A stretch of 64,000 bases of DNA from an uncultured bacterium. Its GTDB lineage: Bacteria; Planctomycetota; UBA1135; GCA-002686595. Position 1 is the stretch's first letter, and each line of letters begins with the position of its first letter. Below are positions 1 through 9,584 of the stretch, piece after piece. Position numbers and translations under genes: made by a program. The notes beneath the pieces were generated by a model. The model worked only from the letters and a program-made list of their open reading frames with translations, was not told where the DNA came from and ran no database searches. The DNA is taken from NCBI GenBank assembly GCA_943787795.1, contig CALSNU010000001.1:512001-576000 (forward strand), read 5' to 3'.

Positions 1-332
1 TCACGGACCTCGGGGCGATGATCCAGGGCGGCATGGGCATGGCCGCCAGCGGCAACATCCACCCCGGCCGCGTGAGCCTCTTCGAGCCGATCCACGGCTC
101 GGCGCCCAAGCACGCCGGCAAGAACGTGGCGAGCCCCCTGGCCGCGATCATGGCGGCGGGGATGATGCTCGACTACCTCGGTGAGAAGACCGCCGCGACG
201 GCGATTGATCGCTCCATCGCCGACCTCTTCGCCGACGGACGCCTCCAGGGCGCAGGGACCGGTATGCACCCCACCAACGAGGTGGGGGACCTGGTCGCCG
301 CCGAACTGAAGAAGGTGGCTGCCAGCGTCTGA
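1..332 (+). CDS. leuB: 3-isopropylmalate dehydrogenase (isocitrate/isopropylmalate dehydrogenase family), 5'-truncated by window edge
   Basis: [19 protein letters not shown]...[13 protein letters not shown]...PLAAI motif of beta-decarboxylating dehydrogenases; frame open to the window start. Confidence 0.7.
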   Translation, partial: TDLGAMIQGGMGMAASGNIHPGRVSLFEPIHGSAPKHAGKNVASPLAAIMAAGMMLDYLGEKTAATAIDRSIADLFADGRLQGAGTGMHPTNEVGDLVAAELKKVAASV

Positions 333-472
333 CCGGGCGACCCCACAACCCGTCTGGGCGGTCATGGATCGGCCCAGCAAATGAGCGGCCGCATGGATCG
401 AGGATCCAGGCGGCCGCTCTGCTTGGCAGGGTTCTTCTCTCTTGAAGAGGCCCTTGGTGCCCCCGAGGGGGC

Positions 473-934
473 CTACGGCTCGCGTCGTGCTCGGAATACC
501 TCCGTGCGGGCCTGGAGGGCCAGCCCGTGGATGGCAGCGGTCGAGGTCGCGTCCTCGAGCCAGTCGTCCTCGTGGGCGGTGTCGGATTCGCCGGCTTGTC
601 CGTCCACGTGGAGGATGATGGAGTCGAGGTGCCAGGCGGCGAACTCCAGGATGCCCGCGGCCTTCGCGAGGTCAGTCTCCGCCTTGGCGCTCTCGAAGGT
701 CAGCTGGGCGCTGGCGGCGGCATGGACGGCACTCTCCTTGTAGAGCGTGTGCTTCCACGACTCCGAAGGGAGCTGTTCAAGCTGTCCTTGGAGGGCGGTG
801 AGGGCCGCTGCAGCAGGGGCGTAGTCCACCGTGGATCCGGACCCGGAGGTGGCGGAGGACGTGCCGGTGACGTTCGTCAAGCCCACTGCAAGGGCGAGAG
901 CCCCGGCGACGATGATCTTGGTTTGATTCTTCAT
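473..934 (-). CDS. Secreted helical hypothetical protein
   Basis: Signal peptide MKNQTKIIVAGALALAVG, Ser/Thr linker, helical domain ending DG...DDWLED; starts 5 nt after the stop of the upstream gene. Confidence 0.75.
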   Translation of the reverse strand: MKNQTKIIVAGALALAVGLTNVTGTSSATSGSGSTVDYAPAAAALTALQGQLEQLPSESWKHTLYKESAVHAAASAQLTFESAKAETDLAKAAGILEFAAWHLDSIILHVDGQAGESDTAHEDDWLEDATSTAAIHGLALQARTEVFRARREP

Positions 935-939
935 TCGGA

Positions 940-3900
940 TCAGAGCTCGAGGCTGTCAATGAGCAGGTTGATGTCGTTCAGCGTGGCCGCCACGGCAGAG
1001 GACATCTCGGCCTGGGCGTTCGGGTCGTTCACGTGACCCGGGGTGTTGAGGTATTGGTAGATCCGGCCATACAGCGCGGCGCTCTCTCCGAGCAGGTTCT
1101 TGGCCACGGCGGTGTCGACCTCCGGTTCAGCGAGGGCGGCCAGCCGGCCGGCAGACTGGGCCGCCACGACGAGTGCGCCCTGGACGTAAGAGCCGAGGGT
1201 GAACACCGAGGAGTCGACCTCAGACAGCACCTTGACCACCTCGAGCGACTGGCTCTTCAGCGGCGAGAGGATGTAGTAGTCCCCAAGGTCGGTCATCGGT
1301 CCCGTGAGGGTGAAGGGCTCGGTCTCCTGCGGCTCGAAGGCCTCGCTGAATACTGGCTCGAACGGAACGCCCAGGATCCAGTAGCTGTTGACGAAGAAGC
1401 TGAACCGGAGCTTGAGCGGCTCATCGGCCGGTGCGCGGAGCTGGAGGTCACCGCTGCTATCGGTGCGCCCCCAGTCCATGACCTTATCGTCGGAGATCCG
1501 CACCAGCTGCACGAATGCGTTGGCCATAGGCGACGCATACCCACCTGCTGATTCGACGGAGGTCAGCGCGCGGAATTCCACGATGGGCGCCTGGCCGAGC
1601 TGGAAGTCACCCAGCGCCACGTCTTCGCCCAGGCCAAACGTCTGCTCCTCGTCGAACCGCTTGCGGAACCAGCCCTGATTCCAGAAGCGGGTCCAGAAGA
1701 TGAGCCTCGTTCGGGCAGCGAGCTTGGTGAAGAACTCACCCGATGCGTTGGCGCGCCCCCAGCCGATGTGCCATCTGGGCGTTCGATCCATCCGCCGGGC
1801 GCGGAAGGCGACCGTTCGGTCATCGATGGCCTCGCCGAATGCGTCGACCACGCGCCCTCTACCGTAGGCCGCGCCACTGATCTCGATGTCTCCAACGGAG
1901 TTCGTGCCGGACCCGGCGGGCGTGCCGAGCTCCTGGTTCCGGAGCACATCCGCCAGGTAGGGCTGCGACCGGCGGGGGCGGACCACGAAGGAGGTGGTGA
2001 ACCCGTACTCCGAGTCGTGCTTGATCCCCAGGGCGTGGAACTCCCCGTTGGCGTTGGTCACGCTGTCACCGAGGTAGCGGCGACCACCGTGGGTGGTGAC
2101 GCGGATCCCGGCCAAGGGCCCCGTCGTGCCATCCGGCCGGGGCCCGGTCACGCGACCGCTCGCGATGGTGCCGAGCTGGGTGAAGACCTCGATCGGCTCA
2201 AGGGGGCCGCCGGATTCACGGGTACGTTCAGACTCGATCGTGGTGTGAGCCCGGAAGTGGTCGGGGATGATCGGGTTCGGATTGGAGGGCGAGACGCGCG
2301 GCGGGTAGTTCCGGAGGCTATAGACCGGACGCAGCAGGGTCTTGACCCAGCCATCGCTGTCCGAGGACCGACGAGGCCAGCCGCCGACGACCCGGACGCC
2401 CGGGACGCCGTCCCCGGTCTCCTTGCTGACGACCTGTACCTCGGCTTGGTAGCCCCGTGTGAGGAAGACCGGGCCGCGGCTGTGGATGCCGTCGGCGGGC
2501 AGCATGTTGTGCCAGTGCCAGGAGGGGAGGAACGTCGAGTCCCGGTCCAGGGGCAGGACGAGCAGGTGGTAGCGATCACCCGTCGGAACCGTGTAGGTCC
2601 CGGTCTCGGTGATGGTGCGCTGCCAGCCCATCTGGCTCCGGGTGAGGACCCGCATCGGCTCTGTGACCAGCTCCCCATCCAGCCCGCGGATCTCTCCGCT
2701 GGCAGTCGTCCTGCCGGACAAGGTGACCGAGAGGCTCGTCGTGTCCGAGGCCCCGTTCAGGCGGAGCACCTTGCGCTCGAGCGTCGAGCCGTGGGAGCGG
2801 TCCCAGACGCGGATCTTGTTGATGCCCGTGGGGGCGACCTGGACGGTCACGTTGCCGAGGTGGTCGGTCCGCCGGCCACCGAGCCAGGTCCCGTCGCCCG
2901 TCCGAGCGCGGACCTCGACGTTCGGGAGCGTCGCGCCGGTGGTGTCAGTGACGGTGACCTCCACGCTCCGCCCGCGATCAAGGGTGACCTCCTGCACTCC
3001 GGCAGCGCTGCCGGTGAGGTTCCAGAGGCTTCTCCCGATGAAGGCCTGGTCCACCGGACGGATCACCAGGTGGTAGGAGGACGGGACGGTCGCCGCCAGT
3101 TCCCCGGATTGGGTATAGCCGAGGAACATCCACGTGCGTGTGGCCATCGCGTACGACCAGACCTTTGCCCGCAGCGGGTTGCCGTCAGCATCCTCGGTGC
3201 GTACCTCCAGCGGGACGCCGTCGAGGAGGGTGAGGTCTCGAAGCTGCGAGCTCGAAGCACCTCGCCTCCAGACTCGGCCCGGGACGCGCTCCTTGCTCGG
3301 GTCGTAGGCCCGGACGTTGGTGTACCGGTCGCCGGCGAGGATGCCGTAGGAGCCGGATGCGTCGGTCTGCTTCAGCCCGTTCCAGTGCCACCCGTTCGAG
3401 TAGGACCAGGCGCTGACGGTCATCCCCTGGAGGGGCTGGAGGCTGGACGAGAAGACCTTGCCAGCGGTCGGGGTGCCGGTGTCCAGGGTGAACAGCTGCG
3501 AGGTCCCCCCCGTGGACAGGCGGCGCCGGAAGCGCCAGGAGGGGAGGTAGCCTTGGCTGGAGGCGTCCGCGACCAGGTGGGCATACCTCGGCGCGACGAG
3601 CGTCGCGGAACCATCAGCTCCCGTGACCGCCACGTCGATCACACCAATCCCGTTCAGCCGGTGAGCGCCCGCGGTGTAAGCGGCGACCTCGGCGCCCTCG
3701 ACCGGGTTGCCCTGGCGGTCTTGAACGGTGAAGGAGACGGGTGCACCGCGCCTCAGCAGGAATGTCTCGGCCTGGCTGATCTGCAGGTCCTGATCGAAGA
3801 GCCACCGGCCAGCCAGGTCGCTCCCGGCGGGCGGCTTGGCGAAGAGATGGACCGACGCGGGTAGGTCGTCGATCTGGAAGAAGCCAGCCGCGTCCACCTC

Positions 3901-4074
3901 AACCAGCTCGATGAGGTCCAGGGAAGTGGTGTCGAAGGCCGCAACGGACGCACCGATCACGGGCGCGTTCTGCGTGGTGGTCACCGCCCCGGAGGCGGTC
4001 CATGTGGACTGCGAGGGAACGGGGGTTGGCGACAGCCCGGTTGCGAGGCTGATCAGAAGGGCAGTGTGGATCAT
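940..4074 (-). CDS. Large secreted protein with many carboxypeptidase-regulatory-like (Cna-B/prealbumin-like beta-sandwich) repeats and a C-terminal helical domain
   Basis: Start chosen at MIHTALLISLATG (signal peptide); repeated V.D..G.P(V/L).GA.V and TD..G.(F/Y) motifs. Confidence 0.8.
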   Translation of the reverse strand: MIHTALLISLATGLSPTPVPSQSTWTASGAVTTTQNAPVIGASVAAFDTTSLDLIELVEVDAAGFFQIDDLPASVHLFAKPPAGSDLAGRWLFDQDLQISQAETFLLRRGAPVSFTVQDRQGNPVEGAEVAAYTAGAHRLNGIGVIDVAVTGADGSATLVAPRYAHLVADASSQGYLPSWRFRRRLSTGGTSQLFTLDTGTPTAGKVFSSSLQPLQGMTVSAWSYSNGWHWNGLKQTDASGSYGILAGDRYTNVRAYDPSKERVPGRVWRRGASSSQLRDLTLLDGVPLEVRTEDADGNPLRAKVWSYAMATRTWMFLGYTQSGELAATVPSSYHLVIRPVDQAFIGRSLWNLTGSAAGVQEVTLDRGRSVEVTVTDTTGATLPNVEVRARTGDGTWLGGRRTDHLGNVTVQVAPTGINKIRVWDRSHGSTLERKVLRLNGASDTTSLSVTLSGRTTASGEIRGLDGELVTEPMRVLTRSQMGWQRTITETGTYTVPTGDRYHLLVLPLDRDSTFLPSWHWHNMLPADGIHSRGPVFLTRGYQAEVQVVSKETGDGVPGVRVVGGWPRRSSDSDGWVKTLLRPVYSLRNYPPRVSPSNPNPIIPDHFRAHTTIESERTRESGGPLEPIEVFTQLGTIASGRVTGPRPDGTTGPLAGIRVTTHGGRRYLGDSVTNANGEFHALGIKHDSEYGFTTSFVVRPRRSQPYLADVLRNQELGTPAGSGTNSVGDIEISGAAYGRGRVVDAFGEAIDDRTVAFRARRMDRTPRWHIGWGRANASGEFFTKLAARTRLIFWTRFWNQGWFRKRFDEEQTFGLGEDVALGDFQLGQAPIVEFRALTSVESAGGYASPMANAFVQLVRISDDKVMDWGRTDSSGDLQLRAPADEPLKLRFSFFVNSYWILGVPFEPVFSEAFEPQETEPFTLTGPMTDLGDYYILSPLKSQSLEVVKVLSEVDSSVFTLGSYVQGALVVAAQSAGRLAALAEPEVDTAVAKNLLGESAALYGRIYQYLNTPGHVNDPNAQAEMSSAVAATLNDINLLIDSLEL

Positions 4075-4232
4075 TGCTGCTCGGGAAGTGAGCGGAGGGA
4101 AAGTGGAAACGGGTGAATCGATCGGTCGCGGCCGCGGCGCGGCCACGGTGGCCATATCCCCTTGCGGCGGGGACGTGGACGCCGATCAGCGGTCGGGAGT
4201 AGCCCGCTCTGGTGAGCGGGAGCGGGCGGTCC

Positions 4233-4787
4233 TCAGCGGTCCTTCGCCGCCTCGTTGAAGGCGCGAAGCATCTGGAGTGAGCCCTGGGCGCGGATCAGCT
4301 CCATCTCGAGCTGGGCGTCGTCGAAACTCCCCTGCTCTAGGTGGCGCTCAAGTTCCTCGATGAGCTCGGCGTCCGCGGGGGACCGCTCGTCGGGGACTTC
4401 GGCCAGTTGGGAGGCTTGCTCGAAGCGCTGCTCTCTCTTGCGCACCTCTTTGAGGGCCTCCTTCGAGAGCTCGGAGAGCTCAACGAACTCCGCGGAGGAT
4501 GACGGTCTCCCCACCGAGCGGTTCTGGCTGCCATCGACGGCATCGAGGGTCTCCGGCAGAGCAGGGTCGCTCGGGCGACCTCCGGGAAGCGGGGCGAGCA
4601 TGGCGGCCTGGTCCGCCCCCTCCGGCAGCTCATCGCCTTGTTGAGGGACGTTCCCCACGAGGGTCGAGATCCCGAAGAGGCTCAGGCCTCCTAGCAGTAG
4701 GACGGCTCCGCCGATCGCTAGCCGTGATGCACTCCGTGGCGATTTAGAGGTCTCGTACGGCGGCTGTTGTCTGGACTGGTCTTTCAT
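4233..4787 (-). CDS. Membrane-anchored hypothetical protein with helical C-terminus
   Basis: Start at MKDQ; single TM LAIGGAVLLLGGLSLFGISTLVG; acidic helical C-terminal region. Confidence 0.65.
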   Translation of the reverse strand: MKDQSRQQPPYETSKSPRSASRLAIGGAVLLLGGLSLFGISTLVGNVPQQGDELPEGADQAAMLAPLPGGRPSDPALPETLDAVDGSQNRSVGRPSSSAEFVELSELSKEALKEVRKREQRFEQASQLAEVPDERSPADAELIEELERHLEQGSFDDAQLEMELIRAQGSLQMLRAFNEAAKDR

Positions 4788-5215
4788 GGGAGAATTACTC
4801 GGAAGGATCAGAGGTAGCAGGGGAAAATTACTGCGATTGGGCCGGCGGGATCCCATTGTGAAGGGAAGTTTACGGTCAGCTGTCGCGGCCTGAGATCCGC
4901 CCGCGCGCCAAGCGTCAGTGAATCCTGCCGGCTCGTGCGAGGTGTCCTGGCGTGGCGACGCGGCACAGCGCCGTTAGCGCCTCCACCGCACGGCGAGATC
5001 GCCAGGAAATCGAAGGTGTCCGGGGGCCCACGGGAAAACACCCTCAGCCCTAGGGGCGACCGTGTTTCAGTCTGGCGACCCAGCCCTCCGCTGCTCACCT
5101 GGGAGCCGCGGTTCGACAGTTGCGGAACCGTGGTCGTCGAGGCCAGCTAGCGCGGCCCTGGGAGGCCTTCGACCGGTTTCCCAAGGCCGCGAGTCTTCGA
5201 GTAGGGTGCGACCTC

Positions 5216-6478
5216 ATGTACGCAAGCCCACTGCTGATGGACCGTCGATCCCTGCTCGCGGCGGGCGCCTCACTCGCCGCGGCCCCCCTGGCGAGTGCCC
5301 TCGCCGCGCCTCCAATGGAGCCCGTCCGTGTCGGCGTGATCGGCATCGGGATCCGCGGCCGAAACCTGATGAACCGAAGCCTCATCGGGAAGGAGGGCGT
5401 CCTCGTCACCGCCGTGTGCGACGTGGACCTCAACCGCCGCCTCGACGCGAAGCGCCGGGTGGACGAGGTGCACGGGCTGGACTGTGTTGCGACCGACCGG
5501 CACGAGGAGGTGCTCTCCCGGGACGACGTGGATGCGGTCCTCATCGCGACGCCCGACCACTGGCACACTCACCAGATCATCGACGCCTGCGTGGCGGGCA
5601 AGGACGTCTACTGCGAGAAGCCCCTCACCCTGACGCTCCGGGAATCACAGCTCGTCATCGCGGCCGCGCGCAAGTACGGGGTCGTCTTCCAGACCGGGAG
5701 CCAGCAGCGGACGGAGTTCGGCCAGAGATTCGTGCGCGCCGCGGAGGCCGTCCGGGCGGGCCGGATCGGCAAGGTGCAGTCAGTGCACGTCGGAGTCGGC
5801 GACTCGCCGGTGTGGTGCGATCTTCCGGGTGAGGCGCCTGAGCCCGGCCTGGACTGGGACCGCTGGCTCGGCCCGGCCCCCGAACGCGCCTATAACGAGA
5901 TTCTCAGCCCCCGCGGCGTCCACGGCCACTACCCGAAGTGGCGCTCCTACCGGGAGTACGCGGGGGGTGGGCTCGCCGATATGGGGGCGCATCACTTCGA
6001 CATCGCCCAGTGGGCTCTCGGCATGGACCGCTCTGGCCCGGTCCGGGTGGTGCCCCCGTCGGATCCGACCTCAAAGCGTGGGGCGACCCTCGTCTACGCG
6101 GACGGGGTCCGCCTCGTGCACGGCGGCCCCAGCGGCGTCACCTTCATCGGGGAGGAGGGGCTGATCGCGGTGGACCGCGGCCGGATCTCCAGCGTCCCGG
6201 GCGGCGCCCTTGAGTGGGAGGGGGAGGGCGAAGAGCGCCTCCCCCGGTACGACGGGCACGTGGCCAACTGGCTCGGGTGTATCCGCGACCGGAGCACCCC
6301 GATCTGCGACGTGGAGGTCGGCGCGCGCAGCGCAGCGATCTGCCACCTCATGAACATCGCGTACTGGCACCGCAAGGAGCTCACCTGGGACCCCGGGGCC
6401 TGGCGCTTCGAGGAGGAGGGCGCCAACGCCTGGGTCGACTACTCTCGCCGATCGGGCTACGGCCTCCCGGGCTTCTGA
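5216..6478 (+). CDS. Gfo/Idh/MocA family oxidoreductase, Tat-exported
   Basis: DRRSLL twin-Arg signal, VGVIGIGIRG Rossmann motif, ATPDHWH, YCEKP, DMGAHHFD; start at 5216 or 5237. Confidence 0.9.
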   Translation: MYASPLLMDRRSLLAAGASLAAAPLASALAAPPMEPVRVGVIGIGIRGRNLMNRSLIGKEGVLVTAVCDVDLNRRLDAKRRVDEVHGLDCVATDRHEEVLSRDDVDAVLIATPDHWHTHQIIDACVAGKDVYCEKPLTLTLRESQLVIAAARKYGVVFQTGSQQRTEFGQRFVRAAEAVRAGRIGKVQSVHVGVGDSPVWCDLPGEAPEPGLDWDRWLGPAPERAYNEILSPRGVHGHYPKWRSYREYAGGGLADMGAHHFDIAQWALGMDRSGPVRVVPPSDPTSKRGATLVYADGVRLVHGGPSGVTFIGEEGLIAVDRGRISSVPGGALEWEGEGEERLPRYDGHVANWLGCIRDRSTPICDVEVGARSAAICHLMNIAYWHRKELTWDPGAWRFEEEGANAWVDYSRRSGYGLPGF

Positions 6479-6501
6479 GCGGCCGCCGGCCAGCGGCCGG
6501 G

Positions 6502-7608
6502 TCAGGGCGCGAGGCCGTCGATGACCCTGTCGAGGTCCCTGAACGCGGTGTCGGCGTCAAAGGGCATCACCGCGTCCCTGGCGGCGCGGCGGCGTGACGT
6601 GGAGCGCAGGGGTCTGGGGTCACGGGCGAGTGCGACGAGGCGCCCCGCGAGGTCGGAAGGATCCTGGAGGAGGCCGGTCAGGGGGTCGGCGCCCTCGTAG
6701 CCCGAGAGGAGCGCAGGGTAGTTGAGGCGGTCTGGCGCGAGGGGGGAGCCGCCGGCGGCCATGGCCTCGGTGAACGCGACGCCGAAGAACTCGTGGCGCG
6801 CGGTGGAGGCGACGACGTCGCAGCGGCCGAGGATCTCGAGGTATCTGGAGCGATCCTCCACGTGCCCGGAGGTTCGCAGCCAGGGGCGCATGAGGTCCAG
6901 CGCCTCGGCGGCCTGGGGGCCGGCCTTCGCCGGGTGTCCTCCGAGCAGCTCGACCTCGAAGTCCGCCCCCTTGGAGGCCGCGCGGGTCAGCGCGTGCGCG
7001 AAGGCCAGGGGGTCCTTGTCGGGCTCGAGGCGGTGGGGGAAGGCGATCCGGAGCGGACCGTCCCCGCCCGGGCCGAGGGGGACGGACGAGAGCTCGGGCA
7101 TGGGAGGCACCACCGTGGCCGCGTCGAGTGCGCTCGCGAGCTCGGCCCGGGGCGTCGGGCGAGGGAGGCGCCGGAGGACCTCGTCCGCAGCCCCGCGGAA
7201 CTCCTCCAGGTGGAACCTGGAGTTGAAGACCACCCGATCCGCTCGCACCGCGCTGAGGATGTTGCTGAACCCGTGGGTCAGGTCTCGCTCGGCCTGGCCG
7301 CCGGGATAGGTCAGCTGGGTCTCATGGAGGTACATGAGCGACGGCCGGCCGGCCCAGCTCGGCGGGAGGAAGCCGTGGAGTCTGGGGAGGTCCACGTATC
7401 CGCTGCACGCGATCACATCCGGCGGCGCGGCGGTATCCACGCTTCGGGCCAGCTCCCAGGCGCTGGACTCCTGGCGCCACTTCCAGTGGCGCGGCGCGAG
7501 GCCGTGGACCGAGAGGCGGTGTCGTGTTCGCGCGCCCCAGGCGTCCAGGAAGGCGCGGTGGCTGCCGCCGAACCAGGGCTCGAAGAACGCGATCGAGAGG
7601 GAGAGCAC
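6502..7608 (-). CDS. DUF3524/GTDC1 (QTMAN)-like GT-B glycosyltransferase
   Basis: EPWFGGSH, RHWKWR, YLHETQLTYP, VVFNSRFH, PHRLEPDKDP and GT4 motif HEFFGVAFTEAM. Confidence 0.8.
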   Translation of the reverse strand: MLSLSIAFFEPWFGGSHRAFLDAWGARTRHRLSVHGLAPRHWKWRQESSAWELARSVDTAAPPDVIACSGYVDLPRLHGFLPPSWAGRPSLMYLHETQLTYPGGQAERDLTHGFSNILSAVRADRVVFNSRFHLEEFRGAADEVLRRLPRPTPRAELASALDAATVVPPMPELSSVPLGPGGDGPLRIAFPHRLEPDKDPLAFAHALTRAASKGADFEVELLGGHPAKAGPQAAEALDLMRPWLRTSGHVEDRSRYLEILGRCDVVASTARHEFFGVAFTEAMAAGGSPLAPDRLNYPALLSGYEGADPLTGLLQDPSDLAGRLVALARDPRPLRSTSRRRAARDAVMPFDADTAFRDLDRVIDGLAP

Positions 7609-7732
7609 GGTCCGATCCTAGCCGCAGGGCGTGAGCTGTCTGGTCTGGGGGCTCGGCTTCCGGGGATCTGGCTTGTCGCCCCCGCGGGCGCCGCCGATCA
7701 TGGGGGCTCGCAATCGTCAACGCCCGAAGAAC

Positions 7733-8191
7733 ATGGACAAGCAAGCCGTCGTCGCCACCCTCAACAAGATCCTCGAGATGGAACTCGCGGGGGTCGTCCG
7801 TTACACCCACTACTCGCTGATGGTGTACGGACCGTACCGCATGCCCATCGTGGACTGGCTGCGGGCCCAGGCGACCGAGTCGCTGCTGCACGCCCAGCAG
7901 GCGGGGGAGATGATCACTCAGCTCGGGGAGCACCCGAGCCTCGCGATCGGCCCGCTGCTCGAGACGCACGACCACGACATCGAGGCGATCCTCAAGGAGT
8001 CCCTCGAGCACGAACGCGACACGCTGGGCTTCTACAACGAGCTGCGCCAGCGCGTCGAGGGCCACTCGGTGATGCTCGAGGAGTACGCGCGCCAGATGCT
8101 CGCCACCGAGGAGCAGCACCTCGGCGAGGTCGACCGCATGCTCCGCCGGCCCGGTGACGTCGCCTCGGCGGCCGTCGGGCTCATGGGCTGA
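7733..8191 (+). CDS. bfr: Bacterioferritin / ferritin-like di-iron protein
   Basis: ELAGVVRY, ESLLHA, ESLEHE, EEQH ferroxidase-centre pattern. Confidence 0.8.
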   Translation: MDKQAVVATLNKILEMELAGVVRYTHYSLMVYGPYRMPIVDWLRAQATESLLHAQQAGEMITQLGEHPSLAIGPLLETHDHDIEAILKESLEHERDTLGFYNELRQRVEGHSVMLEEYARQMLATEEQHLGEVDRMLRRPGDVASAAVGLMG

Positions 8192-8201
8192 GGCCGAGCT
8201 G

Positions 8202-9584
8202 ATGGCCGCTCGCAAGCGCTTCAGCGTCATGCGGGATCCGGTGCACGGAGACGTGTACCTGACCCATGAAGAGCTCCGCGTGCTCGACACGCCGGAGATG
8301 CAGCGCATGCGCGGCATCAAGCAGCTGGGGCCGGCCTACCTGGTCTTCCCCGGGGCGCTGCATACCCGCTTCGATCACTCGATCGGGACGGTGCACGTGG
8401 CGCAGAAGATGATCGACGCGATCAACCTCTCGTTCCAGCTGGACCCCGCGCGCGGGATCGCCATCGGGGACGAGGAGGCGCGCGTCATCCGGATGGCGGG
8501 GCTGTTGCACGACGTGACGCACATCCCGTTCGGCCACAACATCGAGGACCAGGACGCGCTCTTCGAGCGCCACGACTCGGCCTATCGCTACGAGAGGATG
8601 TTCAGCCGGGACACGCCCATCGGCAAGATCCTGGAGGAGCTCGGGCTCCGGGAGGAGGTCTTCAGCGTCCTCACGAAGCCCGGCACCCCCGGGCGCCGGG
8701 ACGTCCCTCCGTACTGGGGGCAGGTCCTCTCGGGGACGATCGCCGCGGACATCCTCGACTACCTCGCGCGGGACGCCTACTTCACGGGGCTCCGGCTCCA
8801 GGTCGACGAGCGCGTCCACAGCTACTTCAAGATCGATCGCTCCACCGGCAATCTCTACATCGACCTGGCGAAGCATGACCTCCTGCGGGAGGACATCCTG
8901 AGCGAGATCGTCCGCATGCTGGAGGCGCGGTACTTCTTCAGCGAGCGCGTTTACTACCACCACGCCAAGGTCGCCGCAGGCGCGCTGGTCGCCCGCGCCA
9001 TCGACCTCCTCGTGCGGGAGGAGGCGCTGGGCGAGCAGGACCTCTACGGCACCACGGACAGCTCGATCCTCGAGGTGCTCCTCCGGGCCGCGGCGAGGTG
9101 TCAGCCGGGGACGCAGGCCACGGTCCGAGACCTGGTCGAGCGCTTCCAGGAGCGGCGGTTGTTCAAGCGCGCGTGTGTCTTCCCGGCCTATGAGAACGCG
9201 GAGGTTCAGGCGGAGCTCGTGGACCGCTTCTTCGCCGCAGGCGGCGGGGAGGCGCGGGCCCTCGTCGAGGGACGTATCGAGGAGACGGTGCGCTTCGCCA
9301 CGGGCCGCGAGATCAAGGTCATCGTCTACTGCCCCGCGCGGGAGATGCAGCTCAAGGAGGCTCGCATTCACGTCCGCTGGCCTGGCGTGGAGGGCGTGCA
9401 CCCGCTGTCGGACTTCGCCGACAGGGTGCCGAGGCTCGGCGACCTGGAGCGCTCGTACCGCGACCTGTGGAAGTTCTACGTGCTCTGCGACGATCCGGAT
9501 CGGGACGTGCTCTTGAAGGTCCAGGAGGTCGCCGCGGCGGAGTTCCCTGGGGCCCGGAACGTCTACTCGATCGCTCCGGCCTGA
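8202..9584 (+). CDS. HD-domain phosphohydrolase (SAMHD1/dNTP triphosphohydrolase-like)
   Basis: RDPVHG, QRMRGIKQLG, HTRFDHSIG, LLHDVTHIPFGH, DILDYLARD, VYYHH. Confidence 0.85.
   Translation: MAARKRFSVMRDPVHGDVYLTHEELRVLDTPEMQRMRGIKQLGPAYLVFPGALHTRFDHSIGTVHVAQKMIDAINLSFQLDPARGIAIGDEEARVIRMAGLLHDVTHIPFGHNIEDQDALFERHDSAYRYERMFSRDTPIGKILEELGLREEVFSVLTKPGTPGRRDVPPYWGQVLSGTIAADILDYLARDAYFTGLRLQVDERVHSYFKIDRSTGNLYIDLAKHDLLREDILSEIVRMLEARYFFSERVYYHHAKVAAGALVARAIDLLVREEALGEQDLYGTTDSSILEVLLRAAARCQPGTQATVRDLVERFQERRLFKRACVFPAYENAEVQAELVDRFFAAGGGEARALVEGRIEETVRFATGREIKVIVYCPAREMQLKEARIHVRWPGVEGVHPLSDFADRVPRLGDLERSYRDLWKFYVLCDDPDRDVLLKVQEVAAAEFPGARNVYSIAPA

Noticed and set aside
8202..9584. HD protein as part of an anti-phage defence island
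   Set aside because: No neighbouring defence, restriction or mobility genes; the context is housekeeping
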